A stretch of 64,000 nucleotides of DNA from an uncultured Chloroflexia bacterium (GTDB lineage Bacteria > Chloroflexota > Limnocylindria > Limnocylindrales > CSP1-4), in NCBI GenBank assembly GCA_963712745.1, contig CAVQJC010000020.1, positions 352,001-416,000 of the forward strand, read 5' to 3'. The number at the start of each line of letters is the position of its first letter. Within the stretch, counting starts at the first letter, position 1. The notes beneath the pieces were generated by a model. That model saw nothing but the letters and a program-made list of their open reading frames with translations, searched no databases and was not told the DNA's origin. This document shows, piece by piece, positions 1-8,862 of the stretch. The position numbers and the translations under genes are program-made.

Positions 1-1
1 G

Positions 2-1150
2 GGCAGCTACCGCGCTACAGACCCACTCCAGCTGGTGATGGGCACGAGCCTGCTCAGCTTCTATCCGCGGGTCACGGCCGCCGGCCAGGTCAGCGAGGTC
101 GAGGTCCGCGGCTGGGACATGACCCGCAAGGAGGCAGTCGTGAGCACGGCGGCCGCCGAGACCACCAGCGCGGAGGTCCGGGACAAGCCGGCCGACCTGG
201 CGCAGGTGGCGGGCAACGGACGCTCGGTGGTGGCCGCCAGCCTGGTCACGGCGCAGGCGGCAGCGGACGATGCCGCCAAGGCCGAGGCTGAACGCCTGGC
301 CTCCACCTTCGCCGAGGCCGAAGGGGTGGCCCGCGGGCATCCGGAGCTGAAGGCGGGTGCTGCGGTCAGCGTGAGCGGCGTGGCCGAGCCCTTCGCCGGA
401 CGTTACACCCTGACACACACACGCCACGTCTTCGACGACGAGGGCTATCGCACCGAGTTCCTCGTCTCCGGACGCCAGGACCGATCCCTGCTGGGCCTGG
501 TCACCATCGGCTCGAGCGTGGGCTCGCGCGGCGGCGGCGACCCGGCGCGAGACGGGGTCATGGTGGGTCTCGTCACCGACAACGCCGACCCCGAGGACCT
601 GGGCCGCGTGAAACTGAAGTTCCCTGCCCTCGACGACGACTACGAGAGCGACTGGGCGCGGGTCGTCCAGGCCGGTGCCGGTCCCGAGCGCGGCGCGGTC
701 GTGATGCCGGAGGTCAACGACGAGGTGCTGGTCATCTTCGAGGTCGGCGACATCCGTCGCCCGTACGTCATCGGGGGGCTCTACAACGGCGTCGACAAGC
801 CCCGCCTGGGTGGTGCCGACCTCTTCGACAACGGGGCGGTCACGCGCCGCGGCTTCGTCTCCAGGCAGGGCCATCGAATCGTGTTCCTCGACGCGGACGG
901 GAAGTCCGGTGTGAGCCTGCTGAGCGGTGACGACAGCCTCCGTTTCGCGCTCAAGCAGTCGGACAGCACGATCACCATGCACAGCGACGGCACCATCAAG
1001 ATCACCTCGCGCGACAAGATCGAGATCGAGTCGGACGCGGATATCAGCGTCAAGTCGAGGGCGAACCTCTCTCTCGAGGGCAGTGCCGGCGTAAAGATCG
1101 AATCGAGCGGCGTCGTCGATATCGACGGCTCCCTTATCCAGCTGAACTAG
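2..1150 (+). CDS. VgrG/Afp8-like spike protein of a contractile injection system (5' truncated by window edge)
   Basis: Frame is open from the window start. Phage late-control-D-like region (VEVRGWD...G.YTLTHTRH) is followed by a gp5 OB-fold (GLVTDNADPEDLGRVKLKFP...WARV...PEVNDEVLV.FE.GD...PYVIGGLYNG) and a C-terminal beta-helix ending IQLN. Confidence 0.92.
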   Translation, partial: GSYRATDPLQLVMGTSLLSFYPRVTAAGQVSEVEVRGWDMTRKEAVVSTAAAETTSAEVRDKPADLAQVAGNGRSVVAASLVTAQAAADDAAKAEAERLASTFAEAEGVARGHPELKAGAAVSVSGVAEPFAGRYTLTHTRHVFDDEGYRTEFLVSGRQDRSLLGLVTIGSSVGSRGGGDPARDGVMVGLVTDNADPEDLGRVKLKFPALDDDYESDWARVVQAGAGPERGAVVMPEVNDEVLVIFEVGDIRRPYVIGGLYNGVDKPRLGGADLFDNGAVTRRGFVSRQGHRIVFLDADGKSGVSLLSGDDSLRFALKQSDSTITMHSDGTIKITSRDKIEIESDADISVKSRANLSLEGSAGVKIESSGVVDIDGSLIQLN

Positions 1151-1160
1151 GGAGCCGGAC

Positions 1161-1547
1161 ATGGGTTCGCCCGCCATCGTCATGAACGACCGCATCACCG
1201 GGCTCTGCGCCATCCACCAGATCCCCAACCCAGCCAGCGGGGTGCCCCAGCCCAGCCCGCCGATGCCCTTCTCCGCCCCGCTGCTCAAGGGGCTGGAGAC
1301 GACTGTGCTCATCGGCGGCAAGCCGGCCGCGGTGGTCGGCTCCTCGGGCATGAACACGCCGCCGCACGTGGGCCTGCACGCGAGCGATCCCTTCATGGCC
1401 CCGCCCATGCAGGAGGGCCGCATCGTCAGCGGTTCCCCGACCGTGCTCATGGGCGGCAAGCCGGCCGCCAGCGCCAGCGCGTCGGCGACCTGTTGTGCCA
1501 CGCCCGGCATGCTGGTGCCGACCGTGGCCACGGTTCTGGTGGGCTAG
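1161..1547 (+). CDS. PAAR-like spike-tip protein
   Basis: Small protein directly after VgrG with repeated TVLIGGKPAA / TVLMGGKPAA motifs, His/Cys residues and a TVLVG C-terminus. Confidence 0.85.
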   Translation: MGSPAIVMNDRITGLCAIHQIPNPASGVPQPSPPMPFSAPLLKGLETTVLIGGKPAAVVGSSGMNTPPHVGLHASDPFMAPPMQEGRIVSGSPTVLMGGKPAASASASATCCATPGMLVPTVATVLVG

Positions 1548-1550
1548 GCC

Positions 1551-1955
1551 ATGGCCAACGCACGTGAGTTCGTCGGTCGTGGCTGGGCGTTCCCGCTGCG
1601 CACCGACGCTAGTGGCGGCGTCGCCCTCGTGAGCCAGGAGCAGGAGGTCGAGGAGTCGATCCGGCTCATCCTGGGCACCGCCTATGGCGAGCGGCCGATG
1701 CGCCCTGAGTTCGGCTGCGCCATCCACGATTTCGTCTACGCCGGTGCGGACGCCAGCACCGCCGCCCAGATCGGCTTCGAGGTGCGGGCCTCGCTCAAGC
1801 GCTGGGAACCTCGCATCGACGTACAGGACGTGACGGTCACTATCGACGCCAACGACCGCAGTCTGCTCTACATCGACATCCGCTACCTCATCAAGACCGC
1901 CAACGACCCACGCAACCTGGTCTTCCCGTTCTACGTGATCCCCGAGGAGGATTGA
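1551..1955 (+). CDS. GPW/gp25 baseplate wedge protein (Afp9-like)
   Basis: GRGWAFP, SIRLILGT..GERPMRPEFGC, RWEPRI and RNLVFPFY motifs. Confidence 0.93.
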   Translation: MANAREFVGRGWAFPLRTDASGGVALVSQEQEVEESIRLILGTAYGERPMRPEFGCAIHDFVYAGADASTAAQIGFEVRASLKRWEPRIDVQDVTVTIDANDRSLLYIDIRYLIKTANDPRNLVFPFYVIPEED

Positions 1956-1956
1956 G

Positions 1957-3906
1957 ATGTCCCTGCAGGCGCCGAACCTCGACGATCGCCGCTTCCAGGA
2001 CCTGGTCGACGATGCCAAGCGCCTGGTCCAGCAGCGCTGCCCCGAGTGGACCGACCACAACGTCTCCGATCCGGGCGTCACGCTCATCGAGACCTTCGCC
2101 TGGATGACCGACCAGCTGCTCTACCGCCTCAACCGTGTCCCGGAGCGCCACTACGTCAAGTTCCTCGAGCTCATCGGCGTCCGGCTCTTCCCGCCGGCGG
2201 CCGCGCGCGTCGAGGTGACCTTCTGGCTGTCGGGTCCGCAGCCCGAGGCCGTGCTCATCGCGGCCGGCACCCAGGTCGCCACGCCACGCTCACAGCACGA
2301 CCAGGCCATCGTCTTCGAGACGCAGCGTGACCTCCCCATCGTGCCTACCGCGTTCGCACATGCGCTCTCGAGCGTCGGCCAGGGAGCCTACCGCGTCCAC
2401 GATGATGCCCTGGCTCTGGACAACAGCTTCTACTGCTTTGACGCGGTGCCCAAGCCAGACGATGCCCTCTACGTCGGCCTCGATCAGCCTGCGCCCTCGT
2501 GCGCGGTGCGCATCCGCCTGTCCTGTCGCATCGAAGGCGTCGGCGTGGACCCGGACTTCCCGCCCCTGGTGTGGGAGGCCTGGAACGGCGAAGGCTGGGC
2601 TCGCTGCGAGGTCGATGGCGACGGCACCGGCGGGCTCAACCGGGACGGCGACATCACGCTCCATCTGCCCGAGGAGCACGAGGCATCGGTCATCGAGGGC
2701 CAGCATGCCGGCTGGGTCCGGGCGCGCGTCGTGCCGCCGGTGGCGAACCAGCCGGTCTATAGCGCCTCTCCTGAGATCCTCTCGGTCGGCGCGTTCACGG
2801 TCGGCGGCACGGTCCGCGCCAGCAACTCCGAGCGCGTAGTCGACGAGGTCTTGGGTACGACCGACGGCGCACCCGGCGACGCCTTCGCGCTCAAGCGCAG
2901 CCCGGTGCTGCCGTCGGACGAGCCGCTGACGGTGGAGGTCTCCTCCACTGACGGCTGGCAGGTGTGGACGCAGCCGGAGGCCCGCAGCTTTGCCGGCAGC
3001 GGTCCCGAGGACCGCCACGTGATGCTCGATGCGGTGGCCGGTGAGATCCAGTTCGGCCCGGCCGTCCGCCTGGCCGATGGCAGCATCGCGCAGCACGGCG
3101 CGGTGCCAGCCGCCGGCTCGACCGTCCGTGTTCCGGTCTACCGTACCGGTGGCGGCGCACGCGGCAACGTGACCGCCCGCGCCATCAGCGTGCTCAAGTC
3201 GTCCATCCCCTACGTAGCCCGGGTGGAGAACCGCCGGCCAGCATCGGGCGGCGTGGACGGTGAGGACATCGAGGACGCGAAAGTCCGCGGCCCCGTGCTG
3301 CTCCGCACCCGTGACCGGGCCGTCACCGCGGAGGATTTCGAGCATCTCGCGCGCGAGGCCGCCCCCGAGCTGGCACGCGTCCACTGCGTCGTCGCCGGCG
3401 ACGGGGTCGATGCCGGCGGCGTGCGCGTGCTGGTGGTGCCATCGGTGCCGACGGGCGGGGAGATGCCGTTCCAGGCCCTGCTGCCGAGCGAGGCCACGCT
3501 CGAACGCGTGGCCCGTCGTCTCGACGAGAGCCGCCTTCTGGGCACACGTGTGGTCGTCGAGCCGCCGGTCTATCGCGGTGTCACCGTGGTCGCCCGTCTG
3601 CGGGCGGCCAGCCGCTTCGACCCCGAACGCCTGCAGCAGTCCGCGACCGAGGCGCTCTTCGGCTACTTCCATCCAACCGAGGGCGGGCCCGATGGCGACG
3701 GCTGGCCCTTCGGCCGCCCGGTGCTGGCGGGCGAGGTGTTCGCTGTGCTCGGGCGCCTGCGCGGTGCCGAGCTGGTGGAGGAGGTCAAGGTCTTCGGAGC
3801 CGACCCCATCACTGGTGAGCGGGGCAAGGCCACCGACCGGCTCGAAGTCGAGCCGCACGCGCTCGTGTTCAGCTACGAGCACCAGGTCATGGCGGTGGCA
3901 TCGTGA
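1957..3906 (+). CDS. Baseplate J-like assembly protein (Afp11-like)
   Basis: PNLDDRRFQDLV...WTDHNVSDPGVTLIE.FAW...YRLNRVP; YRTGGG.RGNV; RAVTAEDFE; GWPFGR. Confidence 0.93.
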   Translation: MSLQAPNLDDRRFQDLVDDAKRLVQQRCPEWTDHNVSDPGVTLIETFAWMTDQLLYRLNRVPERHYVKFLELIGVRLFPPAAARVEVTFWLSGPQPEAVLIAAGTQVATPRSQHDQAIVFETQRDLPIVPTAFAHALSSVGQGAYRVHDDALALDNSFYCFDAVPKPDDALYVGLDQPAPSCAVRIRLSCRIEGVGVDPDFPPLVWEAWNGEGWARCEVDGDGTGGLNRDGDITLHLPEEHEASVIEGQHAGWVRARVVPPVANQPVYSASPEILSVGAFTVGGTVRASNSERVVDEVLGTTDGAPGDAFALKRSPVLPSDEPLTVEVSSTDGWQVWTQPEARSFAGSGPEDRHVMLDAVAGEIQFGPAVRLADGSIAQHGAVPAAGSTVRVPVYRTGGGARGNVTARAISVLKSSIPYVARVENRRPASGGVDGEDIEDAKVRGPVLLRTRDRAVTAEDFEHLAREAAPELARVHCVVAGDGVDAGGVRVLVVPSVPTGGEMPFQALLPSEATLERVARRLDESRLLGTRVVVEPPVYRGVTVVARLRAASRFDPERLQQSATEALFGYFHPTEGGPDGDGWPFGRPVLAGEVFAVLGRLRGAELVEEVKVFGADPITGERGKATDRLEVEPHALVFSYEHQVMAVAS

Positions 3907-4454
3907 GGACCGGCACGGTCAAGGGTCTGGCCAGCCCACATCCGCTGGTCGAGGGCCTGCCCGGCCTGTACCAGGAGGACGACTTCACGCGTCGCTGGCT
4001 CTCGGCCATGGACGATGCGCTGGCGCCGGTGTTCCTGGCGCTCGACAGCCTGCCCGCCTACCTCGACCCCGCCGTCACGCCCGAGGACTTCCTCGATTGG
4101 CTGGCCGGCTGGGTCGGTGTGCTGCTCGACGAGAACTGGCCTCTCGAACGCCGCCGCGCCTTCGTGGCCCAGGCCGCCGAGCTCTACCGCCTGCGAGGCA
4201 CCGCCACCGGCCTCGCCGCCCACGTCCGCGTCTTCACCGGTGGCCAGGTCGAGATCGTCGAGAGCGGCGGTGCAGCCTGGTCGAGCAAGAGTGGAGGCAA
4301 GCTGCCGGGTGGACCGGACTACCGCATCGAGGTGCGCGTGAGCGGCACCGACTCGCCGGTAGACCAGTCACGCCTGGACGCGCTGGTGGCCAGCGCCAAA
4401 CCGGCCCACCTGGTGCACAGCGTGCGCGTGGCCGGGGCCGCGCCTTCGTCGTAG
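3903..4454 (+). CDS. Phage tail protein I-like baseplate protein
   Basis: LPGLYQEDDF, LDP...PEDFLDWLAGWVG, LYRLRGT..GL and KPAH motifs; GTGA overlap with baseplate J. Confidence 0.88.
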   Translation: MRTGTVKGLASPHPLVEGLPGLYQEDDFTRRWLSAMDDALAPVFLALDSLPAYLDPAVTPEDFLDWLAGWVGVLLDENWPLERRRAFVAQAAELYRLRGTATGLAAHVRVFTGGQVEIVESGGAAWSSKSGGKLPGGPDYRIEVRVSGTDSPVDQSRLDALVASAKPAHLVHSVRVAGAAPSS

Positions 4455-4533
4455 CGGCCGTGGCGGCTACCCGCACCGACATCCGGTCTGCGGGCGGGGT
4501 TGCTACCATCCTCGCCTGCCTTGGAGATCGCGA

Positions 4534-5679
4534 GTGCCGATGATCCGGTGTAAGAAGTGCGGGACGCTCAACCAGTCCGACGCTGCCTTCTGCGGCCAGT
4601 GCGATGCCTACCTCGAGTGGAGCGGCGAGAAGGTCGACGACGAGGGCGAGCCGCTCGCGTCCTCGCCGCCGGCCGCTGCATCCCCGCCACCGGGCACACC
4701 ACCTCCGCCGGCCGCGACGCCACTGGGGCCGCCGGGGGTGCCTGGGGCCGTGCCCCCGGCCCGACCGGCCGCGCGGCCCGCTTCGGAGGCGACTCCACCG
4801 GCCTCGCGAGCTGGCGAGCCCAAGTCGCGCCAGCCGGAGAAGGGCGCCACCGAACCACAGCGCAAGGCCAAGCCACCGCAGCGCACCAAGCCCCAGAAAC
4901 CCAAGCCTGGGCAGCGCGTCTGCGCCAACTGCGGCAGCGGCAACGACCCGGGACGCAAGTTCTGCCGACAGTGCGGCAGCGGCCTCGACCTGGCTCCGCT
5001 CGAGCCACCGACGCCCGAGTCCAGGCGCGGCCCCTCGCTGCTCTCGCGCCTGTTCCGCCGGGGCAAGCAGGAGGCCTACATGGCCGGGCAGCGCCCGGAG
5101 TCGATGCTCTCGGCACCGTCGCGCTGGCGCCCCGGATCAAGCGCCATGGTCTTCGGCCTGCTGGCCGCAGTCGGGCTCGGCAGCCTGGCCTCGTACTGGT
5201 ACATGCCGGAGGTCAGGAACGGCGTGGATGATGTCGTGCGCATGGTCCAGAACCAGATCGGGGGCCGGGCCAGGGTCAACGTGACGAACGCGACGGGGCG
5301 CTCCCGCCCGGGCTTTCCCGCGCTCAACGTCATCGACGGTGGCAGCAACACCTACTGGGTCGGCCCACGCGGCGCCGGAGGCCGCTGGCAGATCGACTTC
5401 GAGCTGCAGCGCCCGTCCGACCTGCTACAGCTCAACCTGGACAGTGGCGCCGACGGGGAGCAGTTCGAGAAGCTGGGCCGTCCGTTCGAGATCCAGCTGC
5501 GGGCCGACGGCGAGCTCAGCCCCGTGTACGAGCTCAAGGACACCAAGGACCAGCAGGTCGTCCACATCGACATCCAGGACGTCAGGGAACTGCGCCTCAT
5601 CGTGCGTTCGCAATACCGCGGCCTCGACGGCGGTACCGACATCGCCATCCGGGAGGTCGCGTTCTTCGGTCCCCAGTGA
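4534..5679 (+). CDS. Double zinc-ribbon, Pro-rich, single-TM protein with C-terminal galactose-binding/discoidin-like domain; candidate CIS membrane adaptor
   Basis: CKKC-x10-CGQC and CANC-x10-CRQC ribbons; Pro/Ala-rich linker; hydrophobic segment AMVFGLLAAVGLGSLASYWY; IDGGSNTYW...IREVAFF C-terminal domain. Confidence 0.7.
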   Translation: MPMIRCKKCGTLNQSDAAFCGQCDAYLEWSGEKVDDEGEPLASSPPAAASPPPGTPPPPAATPLGPPGVPGAVPPARPAARPASEATPPASRAGEPKSRQPEKGATEPQRKAKPPQRTKPQKPKPGQRVCANCGSGNDPGRKFCRQCGSGLDLAPLEPPTPESRRGPSLLSRLFRRGKQEAYMAGQRPESMLSAPSRWRPGSSAMVFGLLAAVGLGSLASYWYMPEVRNGVDDVVRMVQNQIGGRARVNVTNATGRSRPGFPALNVIDGGSNTYWVGPRGAGGRWQIDFELQRPSDLLQLNLDSGADGEQFEKLGRPFEIQLRADGELSPVYELKDTKDQQVVHIDIQDVRELRLIVRSQYRGLDGGTDIAIREVAFFGPQ

Positions 5680-5688
5680 GCGACTTAC

Positions 5689-8600
5689 TCAGCCCGAGAG
5701 GGACAGGCCCAATTCGGCCAGCGTGCTCTCGTAGTTGGAGCGTGCCGAGGTCGCGGCCGCCTTGTCGCCGGCGGCGTCGCGGGCCTCGATGAGCGTTCGC
5801 CACAACGGATCGTGGAAGCGGTCGCGGGCCAGGCCATCCACGCACACCGTCGCGGCCGCCGCAGGGTCTCCCCGCTCGAGCAGCGCGCGCGCAAGCATGG
5901 CGGCGGCCTCGACCGCCTCCGCCCGAGCAGACTCCCGCCGACCCACGATCCAGTCTTCGGGTCCGGCCTCGGGGATGAGCTCCCCGCGACACCGCTCCAG
6001 CGCCGTCTGGCTCCAGCGCTCCACGTCATCCCGGTCACCGCGGATGAGAGCGGCCCGGGCCGCGGCCAGCGCCTCCTCGAAACCCACCAGGTCGATGAGC
6101 GCGCCCGGCGGCAGGGCCAGGCGATAGCCGTCCGCGTCCCGCGGCACCAGTCGGAAGCCCCCGCGCGAAGCTCCTGGCTCGAGCACGCGGCGCAGCGTGG
6201 CGATGGCTACGTGCAGGTTGCGTGCCGCCGCATCCGGGTCGGAGCCGGGCCAGAGCGTCTCCATGATGGTCTCGCGATGGACCACCCGCCCGGCCTCGAG
6301 CGCCAGCAGGTAGAGCAACGTGCGCACGCGCGGCCGGATGGCGTTGAGATCCACCGGCTCGCCCCCGATCTCGAGGCGGAATGACCCGAACAACGCCAAT
6401 CGCGCCGGAGGCTCCGGGGCCGGCTGTGGCGATGACTCGTTGGCGGTCACGTCGTCCGAGCGGGGCGTCGTCTTGCGCGCGGCCGCATCGGCAGCCGCGA
6501 TGGCCGGGACCCGCAGTCCATAGCCGGGCAGGACCTGTCCGGCCAGCCGCTCGGCCTCTGCCTTGTCGCCCCGTGCGAGCGCGCTGGCCAGTCGCGCTAC
6601 CAACCCCGGAAGCGGCGCTGCCGACGATCGCGCGAGCTGCTCGGCCTCACGGGCCGTGGCCGCTGCGCTGGGGACAACTGTCCAAGCCTCGGCCAGCGCC
6701 ACCACGGCCGCCATCCAGGCCTCCAGTTCGGTGGCTTCGAGGCTGTGCAGTGTCGTGCGCGCTTCGGCCGCGAGGGTGGCCGCGTCGAACCGGTCGTCGA
6801 GGTCGGCGGACCGGGCCCTCGCCACCAGCACACCCCAGGCACGTGCCGCGCGCGCCAGGACCGCGCCCCAGCGGTCGCCAAGTGCCCGGGCCGTGTCTTC
6901 CAGGCGTGCGGCCTCGTGCAGGTGGTCGATACGACCGCTCAGCGCCAGGAGTGAGCGCCCCAGCCGGGCCAGCCACTCGAGGCCCTGTCCCTCGGCGGAC
7001 CCGATGGCGCCGTTGAGGTCGACCACGCCCTCTTCGTCACCACCGAGCAGGGCCAGCACGCCGCGCGTGGCCTGGGCAGCGCAGGCGACAGGACCCTCCG
7101 TGCCGCTGTCCTCCTCCAGTCGCGCCAACTGCCGGCGAGCGGCGAGCAGGTCGCCGCCGAGGATGAGGATCAGCGCCTCCACCAGTCCGGCCATCGCGCC
7201 GCTGCCGTCGAGGTACCGCTGCGCCGTACCGGGACCGCCGGTCACGGCCAGCCTCAGCACAGCCCATGGCGCCGTCCCCGGCGCGGGTCGCCAGCCGGGA
7301 TCCGGATGCAGCCAGGTGAGCAGCTCGGCACGCTCTCGACGGGCAGCTCCCGCGGCGGCCTCGCTTCGGACGTCTGCCGCCAGGGCACCGTAGGCTTTGG
7401 CAGCCTCGCCGAAGCGGCCTTCGGAGCGAAGCCTGCGCGCGCCGGCCAGCGCCAGCCAGGGATCGTGGCCGAGCGGTTCCTGGGCGTGGATCCCCAGCCA
7501 GCGCAAGGGCTCTTCAGCGATGGCTGGGCCCTCGTCACTGAGGATCTGCGCCACCATGTCCCAGGCCTCGGCGCGGATGTACGCCTCCAGCGCCTCCGCG
7601 GGCGTACCCTCCCCGGCCAGCAGATCGCCGGCAGCCACGAACCGAGCCCTGGCGCCTTCCTCACCGACCTCGCTTACCAGCACGCCCTGGAGATGGGAGC
7701 GGAAGACCTCGTGGTAGCGATAGCTGCCGGATTCATCGACACGAGTCGTGAACAGACAGCGCCGCTCCAGGTCCTCGAGGATGGCACCGCTGCCGGTGCG
7801 GCCGAGCAGCCGGTCACAGATGTGGGCGCTGAGCCGCCCCGAGACGGAGGTATGGACCATGAACCCCCGCAGCTCGTCAGGCACACGATCGAGCGCGTTC
7901 TGAGCCAGGTATTCGCGCGCCAGCCGGCTGCGAGGACCCAGCGAGCTGAGCACTCGCCGTCGCTCGTCGGCCGGCCGCCCGTGCGTGGCCAGGTGGAACA
8001 GCTGCAGGCCGGCGGCCCAGCCCTCGGTCCAGCGCGCCAGGCGCGCCAGCTCTTCGGGCGCCATGGGCTCGTGGTAGTGGTCGCGGAAGAGACGCTCTAC
8101 CTCCCACGTGCGTAGGCGTAGGTCGTCGGCGTCGATCTCGAGGAGCTCACCGGACAGGCGCAGCCGCGAAAGGTTGAAGGCCGGCTGCGTGCGCGACGCC
8201 GCCAGCACGTGCAAGCCCGCCGGCAGGTGATCGAGCAGCCGCTCGAGTGTCGCTTCGGCGGGGCTGCCCTCGAGCGCGTGCAAGTCGTCGATGACGAGGA
8301 GGGCTCGGGCCGGATCCCAGGCCTCCAACCCGGTGAGCAGGTCGTCGATGTCGGTCCAGGCTGCCGAGCGGCCTTCGGTCCAGGGCTCCAGGGCGCCGGC
8401 CAGCTGGGCCACGCATGCGGTGGGCGTCGTGTCCCAGCGATCACAGCGGACCCAGGCCACCGGCGCGTCGACGCCCTCGGCGAAGCGTGCCATGAGCGTT
8501 GTCTTGCCACTGCCGGGCGGTGCCACCACCAGCGCCAGGCGGTGGTCCCAGATCGTCTCCAGACGGGCGTTGAGGCGCTCCACCGGCATCGAGCCGTTTC

Positions 8601-8721
8601 GAGGCAGGGCAGCCTGGAGCCGTGCCCGGCCTGGCGGCGGTCCCCCGTTCTGCGAATGCTTCGCCCGTGACAACGGACTGGTCTCTCGATCGACTGCACG
8701 CGTGGGTGGGTGAGCCGTCAT
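5689..8721 (-). CDS. MalT-like STAND ATPase with C-terminal wHTH + BTAD (SARP-type) transcriptional regulator
   Basis: Walker A APPGSGKTT, LVIDDLH, TEGWAAGL and YRYHEVFR (MalT-like); C-terminal LALFGSF...HRETIMETLWP...NLHVAIATLRR and BTAD helices. Start codon uncertain (8721 or ~8589). Confidence 0.85.
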   Translation of the reverse strand: MTAHPPTRAVDRETSPLSRAKHSQNGGPPPGRARLQAALPRNGSMPVERLNARLETIWDHRLALVVAPPGSGKTTLMARFAEGVDAPVAWVRCDRWDTTPTACVAQLAGALEPWTEGRSAAWTDIDDLLTGLEAWDPARALLVIDDLHALEGSPAEATLERLLDHLPAGLHVLAASRTQPAFNLSRLRLSGELLEIDADDLRLRTWEVERLFRDHYHEPMAPEELARLARWTEGWAAGLQLFHLATHGRPADERRRVLSSLGPRSRLAREYLAQNALDRVPDELRGFMVHTSVSGRLSAHICDRLLGRTGSGAILEDLERRCLFTTRVDESGSYRYHEVFRSHLQGVLVSEVGEEGARARFVAAGDLLAGEGTPAEALEAYIRAEAWDMVAQILSDEGPAIAEEPLRWLGIHAQEPLGHDPWLALAGARRLRSEGRFGEAAKAYGALAADVRSEAAAGAARRERAELLTWLHPDPGWRPAPGTAPWAVLRLAVTGGPGTAQRYLDGSGAMAGLVEALILILGGDLLAARRQLARLEEDSGTEGPVACAAQATRGVLALLGGDEEGVVDLNGAIGSAEGQGLEWLARLGRSLLALSGRIDHLHEAARLEDTARALGDRWGAVLARAARAWGVLVARARSADLDDRFDAATLAAEARTTLHSLEATELEAWMAAVVALAEAWTVVPSAAATAREAEQLARSSAAPLPGLVARLASALARGDKAEAERLAGQVLPGYGLRVPAIAAADAAARKTTPRSDDVTANESSPQPAPEPPARLALFGSFRLEIGGEPVDLNAIRPRVRTLLYLLALEAGRVVHRETIMETLWPGSDPDAAARNLHVAIATLRRVLEPGASRGGFRLVPRDADGYRLALPPGALIDLVGFEEALAAARAALIRGDRDDVERWSQTALERCRGELIPEAGPEDWIVGRRESARAEAVEAAAMLARALLERGDPAAAATVCVDGLARDRFHDPLWRTLIEARDAAGDKAAATSARSNYESTLAELGLSLSG

Positions 8722-8862
8722 TGTGAGACCGCGCCGCCGAGCAGTCCAGCCTCTTTGTGCGCGGGCCCGCGTGCCGACATGCCCTTTAGGGCAGTCGCCG
8801 CTGCCTCCGACGTCGCCTGCAGGGACCTACCGCCGGACCCAGCGCACGCGCATCCTCGTCCC

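Noticed and set aside
2-4454. Prophage tail or T6SS
   Set aside because: No capsid, terminase, integrase or tssJLM/clpV in view; the baseplate motifs and nearby DUF4157 fit eCIS better. The upstream part is not visible.
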